Origin: Chloroflexota bacterium
GTDB lineage: Bacteria; Chloroflexota; UBA11872; VXOZ01
NCBI GenBank assembly: GCA_965221905.1
Contig: OZ244922.1
Location: 2,656,001-2,720,000 of the forward strand
Direction of reading: 5' to 3'
DNA: 64,000 nucleotides
Shown: in pieces, positions 58,737 to 64,000 of the stretch
Layout of the letters: each line of letters opens with the position of its first letter
How positions within the stretch are numbered: position 1 is the first letter of the stretch
Position numbers and translations under genes: made by a program
Notes under the pieces: generated by a model
The model's database searches: none
Seen by the model: only the letters and a program-made list of their open reading frames with translations
Told to the model about the DNA's origin: nothing

Positions 58737-58782
58737 GCAGAGTGCCCAAGAAAATGTCGATGTCTACTCCTGGGCACTCCGC
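58737..58782 (-). terminator. 15-bp stem-loop after the Cys-rich peptide gene
   Basis: GCGGAGTGCCCAGGA...TCTTGGGCACTCTGC pairs fully only on minus strand (two G-U), followed by GGTTTCTT. Confidence 0.6.
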
Positions 58783-58848
58783 AAGTCCCCTCAGCCCTCC
58801 TTCCACTCGCATTTTAAGGAGAGAAGCAATCTACCAGAATGCGCTTTG

Positions 58849-59169
58849 TCAACTGCACGAAATGCACCCTACTAAGGTGACTTCATTGTGGCAGGCCCCT
58901 CCTGAGAGGCAGTGAACTCCTGTTCGCACGTGGTACCTGCCTTTGTCGTTACCGCAGCCATGGTCGCCGCAGAAGCCATTAATGTGGTAGCTACCCGTCT
59001 CGCAGAAATAGGGTCCCACACAATGATTGTCGGCAGAAACTCCTACAGCAGCGAGACCGGTGAGCACGGCAGCGCCTGTGGTGGCGCGCACCAGTCTTCC
59101 CAGAAATCCGCGTCGGTTCATGCTGGCCTTTGCCAGGCCGACACTCGCATTCGCAAATAGCTTATCCAT
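58849..59169 (-). CDS. Tat-exported Cys/His-rich peptide with MauA-like leader
   Basis: GGGAGG RBS; MDKLF...NRRGFLGRL Tat motif, VSA cleavage site; 60-aa mature part with 8 Cys, 6 His, 0 Trp. Confidence 0.8.
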   Translation of the reverse strand: MDKLFANASVGLAKASMNRRGFLGRLVRATTGAAVLTGLAAVGVSADNHCVGPYFCETGSYHINGFCGDHGCGNDKGRYHVRTGVHCLSGGACHNEVTLVGCISCS

Positions 59170-59271
59170 GGGTTTACCTCCCATGCTTTGCATGCATTGC
59201 GTCTGTGATGCGACTATCGCGTGGGACATCTTTACACTTGGTGTTCGGGTTCCACGCTCTGTGCGCGGATG

Positions 59272-59844
59272 TCACACGCTCTCATTCTTTGGCAAGCTGC
59301 CGGTCGTCACATCAGTAGCGAGCAGCTCGCCTAGCACATGCACATCGTTCACCACCCCCTTTCCAGCGATTTTGCCATCGGCATCGACCACGAAGCCGTA
59401 CGGCGTCCAACTACTGCCGTACAAGTCGGCTATCTCATGCTCCTGCTGGATCACCAGCGGACACGAGAGCTTGAATTCTGCAATCATCTCTTGGTTCTGC
59501 TCACGGCTGCCGCCGCTTACGAGCACCAAGCGCGCGCCTTGTTCCTCAATGCTGTTCATTTCCCCATTCAGGCTCGCGAACAGTTCCTTGCAGGGCGGGC
59601 AGGTGGGATGAACGAAGAGCACCAACAGCCGCTCGCCAGCCATGGTCTCCAGGTCAACCGCCCCATTGAGACCCTCTCCTTGGAAGAGCGGCGCTTTGTC
59701 ACCGACCGCGATACCGTTCTCGCGCTCTTCCCCGACGCGTAGGCGCAACTCGCCAATCTGCCGCATGAGGCCAATGACGACGAAGGTGAGCAGGCCCATG
59801 AGGACCCATTGCAGTAGGTACGATGCCAGCCAGATGCCTTCCAT
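59272..59844 (-). CDS. MauD-like membrane-anchored thioredoxin-fold (redoxin) protein
   Basis: TM then MRQIG.L, G..VGDKAP.F, LFVHPTCPPCKEL (CxxC), TPYGFVVD..G.I.GKGVVN; CAGGAGG RBS. Confidence 0.85.
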   Translation of the reverse strand: MEGIWLASYLLQWVLMGLLTFVVIGLMRQIGELRLRVGEERENGIAVGDKAPLFQGEGLNGAVDLETMAGERLLVLFVHPTCPPCKELFASLNGEMNSIEEQGARLVLVSGGSREQNQEMIAEFKLSCPLVIQQEHEIADLYGSSWTPYGFVVDADGKIAGKGVVNDVHVLGELLATDVTTGSLPKNESV

Positions 59845-59888
59845 GCCTCTTGCCTCCTGATCCACTTTGGCGACCGGTTGCCGTTGAT

Positions 59889-59936
59889 GCTTCGACCCTT
59901 CGACAAGCTCAGGACAGGCAACCTCAGCACGAACGG
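59889..59936. repeat. Nested CTTCGACAAGCTCAG REP-like element
   Basis: GCTTCGAC[CCTTCGACAAGCTCAGGACAGG]CAACCTCAGCACGAACGG, same nesting as 15133-15172. Confidence 0.7.
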
Positions 59937-60029
59937 ATCCGCGCATGCTCACCATAGTGTGTTAGAGCCTAGCCCCTCCGCCCCGCCTGGATTCCGGCTT
60001 GCGCCGGAACGACGGATAGTTGCTTTCCT

Positions 60030-60620
60030 TCAATATGATTGGGGAATAGTGCGCAGCCGCAGCAATTCGGCGGCGACGAAGGCCACCGCCCACGCCCCGA
60101 TCACGAACAAGGCAACCCCTGCCACGCTGCTGGCGTCCCCAGTGAGACCGACCTCCACTAGCCAAGTTGCACCGGCAGTGGGCGCCAGGAGTACAAGCAA
60201 TGTCAGGATGACGACCTGCTTGATGATGGTGGCTTTGCCCAGCGGCTGACGGCCCGCGCCGAAGCAGTAGCAGTCGATCCCGCCCCGGCCCTGTGCTAAC
60301 GCCACGGACGAGGCTACGATGAAAGCTACCACCAGGATTACGCCCAACCACACACCCCATGCCACGGCAAAGCCCGTGATGAGCAAAGTGCCACAGAGGA
60401 GTTCCAATACGGGGATCGCGCCACTCACCGGCTGGAGCGCGCGCACCGGCACGAGACCAAATCCCTGCACCGCCGCTTTGAAATCGGACAGGTGCAGCAA
60501 CTTGGCGGCGGCAGCCAGGAGAAAAACGCCACCCACCAGGAATTGGAGCACGAGCACGCCAGTTGCAAGCATTAGCCCGTTCCTTCCAGATCGGGAGGGA
60601 CCTTTTGGCATATCCTCCAC
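60030..60620 (-). CDS. MauE/DoxX family redox-associated membrane protein
   Basis: VFL.AAAAKL...F...V..F.LVP, P.LEL..G..L, L..F......GRGGIDCYCFG (DCxCFG motif). Confidence 0.88.
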   Translation of the reverse strand: MEDMPKGPSRSGRNGLMLATGVLVLQFLVGGVFLLAAAAKLLHLSDFKAAVQGFGLVPVRALQPVSGAIPVLELLCGTLLITGFAVAWGVWLGVILVVAFIVASSVALAQGRGGIDCYCFGAGRQPLGKATIIKQVVILTLLVLLAPTAGATWLVEVGLTGDASSVAGVALFVIGAWAVAFVAAELLRLRTIPQSY

Positions 60621-60681
60621 GATCTCTCTCCCAACCCACTTTTAGCGTCATTATTGACTAGCACTGTTATGTCATACATGC

Positions 60682-60709
60682 ATGCTAGCACATAATAATA
60701 ATGTGTCAA
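60682..60709 (-). promoter_or_regulatory. Putative sigma70 promoter (extended -10) with overlapping palindromic operator
   Basis: TTGACA-16 bp-TAGCAT with TG at -15/-14; CACAT-AATAATA-ATGTG palindrome overlaps the spacer. Confidence 0.55.
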
Positions 60710-60864
60710 TAGTTAAATGAACTAACTCTTGAGATTCCGTGAGATACTGCACGTTCTCAGATAAGAACGCGGTTGCTCACCTTGCAAGAATGGTGGGCAT
60801 GCGGGGATCCGGCGCCCAGGAGATCAGCGAGGGGGTAACAGCGCCTTGAGCCAAGCGCTTGAGG

Positions 60865-61662
60865 CTATGCCTCTAGCTGTGGCGGGGGAAGGAGCTGAGT
60901 GATGTGCGACATGGCGGCGTCTACGTGGCGCTTGCCGTCCTGCAGCGAGAAGCTCCCGTGGCCGGGGAATAACTGCGTGAATTCCAGCTCAGCAAAGCGC
61001 TTTACGGTGGCGATGGACTCCTCAAGCGAGCAATCCCAGATGTTCTGGAGAATGATGCGGCCGCCAGAAAAGAGGGCATCGCCGCTGAAGAGAGCGCGGT
61101 GTGCGCCGCCTCCGCGTTGCGCGCCGCCTCCTCGTTGCGGGCAGTCTTCGCGTTGCGCGCAGTCGTCAACAAGGAATGCCAGGTGGCCGCGGCTATGGCC
61201 GTCGGCTTTCAAAACCGTCACAGTGAGCGACCCAACGTTGATGACGTCGCCATCCGCAGCAGCGGTCGCGGACGCCACCGGCCGCAAGCGGTTTTCTAAC
61301 GGATACATGCCTGTTTGACGCGCGGCAACCAGGCTCGCCGCCTCTTCATCACCGGTCTCGAGCCAGCCGGCAACGTCCTGGGAAGCGATTATTTCGGCGC
61401 CACATAATTGCTGCAACTCCGCGGCGCCACCGGCATGATCGAGGTGCAGGTGCGTGACGAATATCTTGGAAATGTCACGGGGATCGAAACCGGCGGCCTC
61501 AATCTGTGCCGCTATCGCCGGTGTGTCCCTGCCGACGCCGGTATCGATGAGGGCCAGTTCCGATCCTCCGTCGAGCAGATAGACGTGGCAATCGAGCGGG
61601 TCGGTGAGGCTAAAACCGCTTTGGCCGCTGCCAACAAGATGAACGATATTCGTGAGTTGCAT
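60865..61662 (-). CDS. MBL-fold metallo-hydrolase
   Basis: LIDTG, THLHLDHAGG, GHSRGH, FSGD, PGHG. Confidence 0.92.
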   Translation of the reverse strand: MQLTNIVHLVGSGQSGFSLTDPLDCHVYLLDGGSELALIDTGVGRDTPAIAAQIEAAGFDPRDISKIFVTHLHLDHAGGAAELQQLCGAEIIASQDVAGWLETGDEEAASLVAARQTGMYPLENRLRPVASATAAADGDVINVGSLTVTVLKADGHSRGHLAFLVDDCAQREDCPQRGGGAQRGGGAHRALFSGDALFSGGRIILQNIWDCSLEESIATVKRFAELEFTQLFPGHGSFSLQDGKRHVDAAMSHITQLLPPPQLEA

Positions 61663-61740
61663 GAGTCGACACCCTCTGTGTAGACATCCTTGCAAAACTC
61701 GTCTAAACGAGCGGGATTGGACTGCATTGACTAGGATTCA

Positions 61741-61782
61741 CCCTCACCCTAGCCCTAGCCCTCTCCCTCAATTGAGAGGGGA
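61741..61782. repeat. CCCTCACCC..CCCTCTCCC..GAGAGGGG REP-like palindrome
   Basis: CCCTCACCCTAGCCCTAGCCCTCTCCCTCAATTGAGAGGGGA in an intergenic region. Confidence 0.5.
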
Positions 61783-61826
61783 TACTAGACCACCGCCCCA
61801 CGCTATGCAAGGAATTCCTATAGTTT

Positions 61827-62336
61827 TCAACGTCGGATAAGCCGGAAAAGGACGTAAATGAGGCCGATAACGAGACCGCAGATCGCCGCGCCGCGTGTAT
61901 CGAGGAGTGTATTGACGTTTCCGTTCACGCGACCGCCAATCACCACCACACTTGCCACCTGCTCCGCCTCGATCTGCCCGCCGACAATCCATTGCGATAC
62001 CGAGTAGTTCGTATCCACACTGCCGCCGACCACCAGCCACGTCGCCCCTTCTGTCACGCTCACTTCATGGCCGGCCGCGATTCCTGTCAGGCCCTGCTGC
62101 AGCGACGCAGCCTCCGCTTGCACGACTCCGGTAGCCGTATTCTGCATGTCAATATCATCGGCGACCACGTGCCGCACGAGACTATTCGCAATTTGGAAAC
62201 GCTCGTCTACTTCCGTTGCGTCTCCGGCAGCGTCTTGCACGCCGTCACCCATTGCTTCTCTAGAGACGTCTTCCGAAACGTCATTGTCTACCGGCACTTG
62301 CCCCGGCTGCACCTCAGAAGACCCCATATTGGGCAT
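61827..62336 (-). CDS. Hypothetical acidic protein with C-terminal TM anchor
   Basis: GAAGAAGGG RBS; beta-helix-like middle, C-terminal hydrophobic helix ending RR. Confidence 0.65.
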   Translation of the reverse strand: MPNMGSSEVQPGQVPVDNDVSEDVSREAMGDGVQDAAGDATEVDERFQIANSLVRHVVADDIDMQNTATGVVQAEAASLQQGLTGIAAGHEVSVTEGATWLVVGGSVDTNYSVSQWIVGGQIEAEQVASVVVIGGRVNGNVNTLLDTRGAAICGLVIGLIYVLFRLIRR

Positions 62337-62440
62337 CCCTTCTTCTCAACAGTTTTTCTTGCCGCTGCTCTCGCGCGTTCTTACAGGCCACCCCTCTCAC
62401 TCTATGATAGCAGCCCAACATAAGTGCAGAGAGAAAACCG

Positions 62441-63607
62441 CTACTCAGATACCGCGCGCGCGTAATCCATCACCTGCTTCACCGGCACCTGTGCCGCCGT
62501 TGCAACTTGCAAGCAGTCTTCGTACTCCGGACTGCGATTCACTACCTTGCCGTGCCAGTGCGCGACCTTGATCCGCACCGCACCCCACGGTGTGCCCACG
62601 TGCTCCACCTGCCGCTCCAGCTTGATCCGCTCGACCCGGTGCATGCGTACGCCAATCGTCGTGGTCTCTTGAAAGACAATGTCCAGCAGGGGCGTGTGGT
62701 CTGCGGCTTCCGTCAGCACACTGAGCACGTGACCGGGCCTGCCCTTCTTCATCTGAACGGGGGCCAACATCACGTCCAGCGCGCCGGCCTTGAATAATTG
62801 CGCGGAAACGTGACCATACAACTGCGGATTCATGTCGTCGATTGTGGTTTCGATAACGGTTGCCATGCCATGGGTGTTTGCAGCCGTTTCCTCCCCGATG
62901 ATGAGGCGCAATACGTTGGGGATTTCGCTGTCGCGCATGCCCGCGCCGTAGCCCACGCGTTTCACCTGCATTGTCGGGATTGGGCCGAACTCATCCGCCA
63001 ACTCGCTCAGCAGGAGCGCGCCGGTTGGCGTTAGGGTCTCACCCATGTCCGCCATGGCATAGATCGGTTTGTCCTTCATCAAATCCAGCGTCGCCGGACC
63101 CGGAATCGGCCACCAACCGTGACGAGTCTGAATGGGCGCGCTGCCTCCGATGTTAACGGGTGAGCAGACGATGCGCTCGATACCAAGCGCCCGCAGTCCC
63201 GCCACCACACCGACGACGTCGAGGATTGAATCGACCGCGCCGACTTCATGAAAGTGCACCGCCTCCGGCGCCACGCCGTGCATGCGGCCCTCGACTTCCG
63301 CCAAACGCTCAAAGAGTCGTTTACTTGCCGCGACTACGTCCTCGTCGAGGCTGCTCCCTTCGAGGAGCTGCACAATATCGTGGAGGTTTCGCTCAACCGT
63401 ATGCTCATGCGCATCAATGTCGATGTGAACTTGCAATGCCCGGAGCAGCCCCTTGCGCACTTCCTCCGACCGGACCTCATAGCCGCCGAGCGGAATCTTG
63501 GCGAACGTGGCCTTGAGATCGTCCAGCGCCCAGCCGCCATCCACCAAGGCGCCAAGCATCATATCGCCCGATGCTCCGGCAAAGCAGTCGAAATAGGCGA
63601 CTCTCAT
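62441..63607 (-). CDS. larC: Nickel pincer cofactor biosynthesis protein LarC
   Basis: [59 protein letters not shown]. Confidence 0.95.
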   Translation of the reverse strand: MRVAYFDCFAGASGDMMLGALVDGGWALDDLKATFAKIPLGGYEVRSEEVRKGLLRALQVHIDIDAHEHTVERNLHDIVQLLEGSSLDEDVVAASKRLFERLAEVEGRMHGVAPEAVHFHEVGAVDSILDVVGVVAGLRALGIERIVCSPVNIGGSAPIQTRHGWWPIPGPATLDLMKDKPIYAMADMGETLTPTGALLLSELADEFGPIPTMQVKRVGYGAGMRDSEIPNVLRLIIGEETAANTHGMATVIETTIDDMNPQLYGHVSAQLFKAGALDVMLAPVQMKKGRPGHVLSVLTEAADHTPLLDIVFQETTTIGVRMHRVERIKLERQVEHVGTPWGAVRIKVAHWHGKVVNRSPEYEDCLQVATAAQVPVKQVMDYARAVSE

Positions 63608-64000
63608 GGCTCCTCCTGCGTGTCACCGCTCTCGGCAACGCGACAAATCAAACCGGCCATGTACCCGGCGCCGAACCCATTGTCGATGTTTACGACGGAT
63701 AGACCGGCGGCACAGCTATTGAGCATGGTGAGAAGCGGCGTGAGCCCGCCAAGGGAAGCGCCGTAGCCTACGCTTGTCGGTACGGCGATTACCGGACGAT
63801 CGATCAGTCCGGCAAGTACACTCGGCAGCGCACCCTCCATCCCGGCCACGGCGACCACCACGCGCGCCTGTTGCACGACTGCGATATTCAGCAAGAGCCG
63901 ATGCAGCCCGGCCACGCCTACGTCCGCCAGGCGATCTACCTGACAACCCATCAGCTCCGCTGTCAGGCAAGCTTCGGCAGCCACCGGCAAGTCCGCCGTG
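63604..64000 (-). CDS. larB: Nickel pincer cofactor biosynthesis protein LarB (5' truncated by window)
   Basis: [48 protein letters not shown]. Confidence 0.93.
   Translation of the reverse strand, partial: TADLPVAAEACLTAELMGCQVDRLADVGVAGLHRLLLNIAVVQQARVVVAVAGMEGALPSVLAGLIDRPVIAVPTSVGYGASLGGLTPLLTMLNSCAAGLSVVNIDNGFGAGYMAGLICRVAESGDTQEEP

Noticed and set aside
59845-59955. Longer N-terminus of the MauD-like ORF (VACPELVEG)
   Set aside because: Translation of the REP element; the real start follows the RBS at ATG 59844.
58849-60620. Methylamine dehydrogenase (mau) operon
   Set aside because: Peptide has no Trp for TTQ and is too short; no mauB or mauG in the window.
58849-60620. Bufferin/MNIO-type RiPP cluster (DoxX plus Cys peptide)
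   Set aside because: No DUF692/MNIO enzyme or partner gene nearby.

Overview
GC-rich bacterial chromosomal segment, probably Chloroflexota (inferred from the secreted GH5-like hydrolase architecture, Tat-lipoprotein solute-binding proteins and the lack of outer-membrane genes; an ankyrin protein hints at host association). Left to right: C45 Ntn-hydrolase and an unknown 611-aa protein; a double-glycine-leader peptide with a complete NHLP-type three-gene exporter but no adjacent maturase; tRNA-Asn; argD-argG-argH interrupted by a MITE, an IS5 element and a wHTH gene; hemW overlapping head-to-head with an amidohydrolase; a repeat-containing zinc-ribbon membrane protein and an ankyrin protein; a thpR-wzm-wzt-GT2-GT4-methyltransferase-folK glycan operon in which four proteins share one accessory module; galU and catabolic genes; larB/larC at the right edge. 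The best candidate for an undescribed system is 48.5-60.7 kb (minus strand): mauE-like and mauD-like disulfide-maturation genes, then a Tat-exported 60-aa peptide (8 Cys, 6 His, no Trp) with a MauA-like leader, then a tandem array of seven paralogous Tat-lipoprotein solute-binding proteins (two frameshifted, plus a deleted eighth) with no permease or ATPase, mostly separated by repeated REP-containing spacers. All family assignments are from motif recognition by eye, not database searches.
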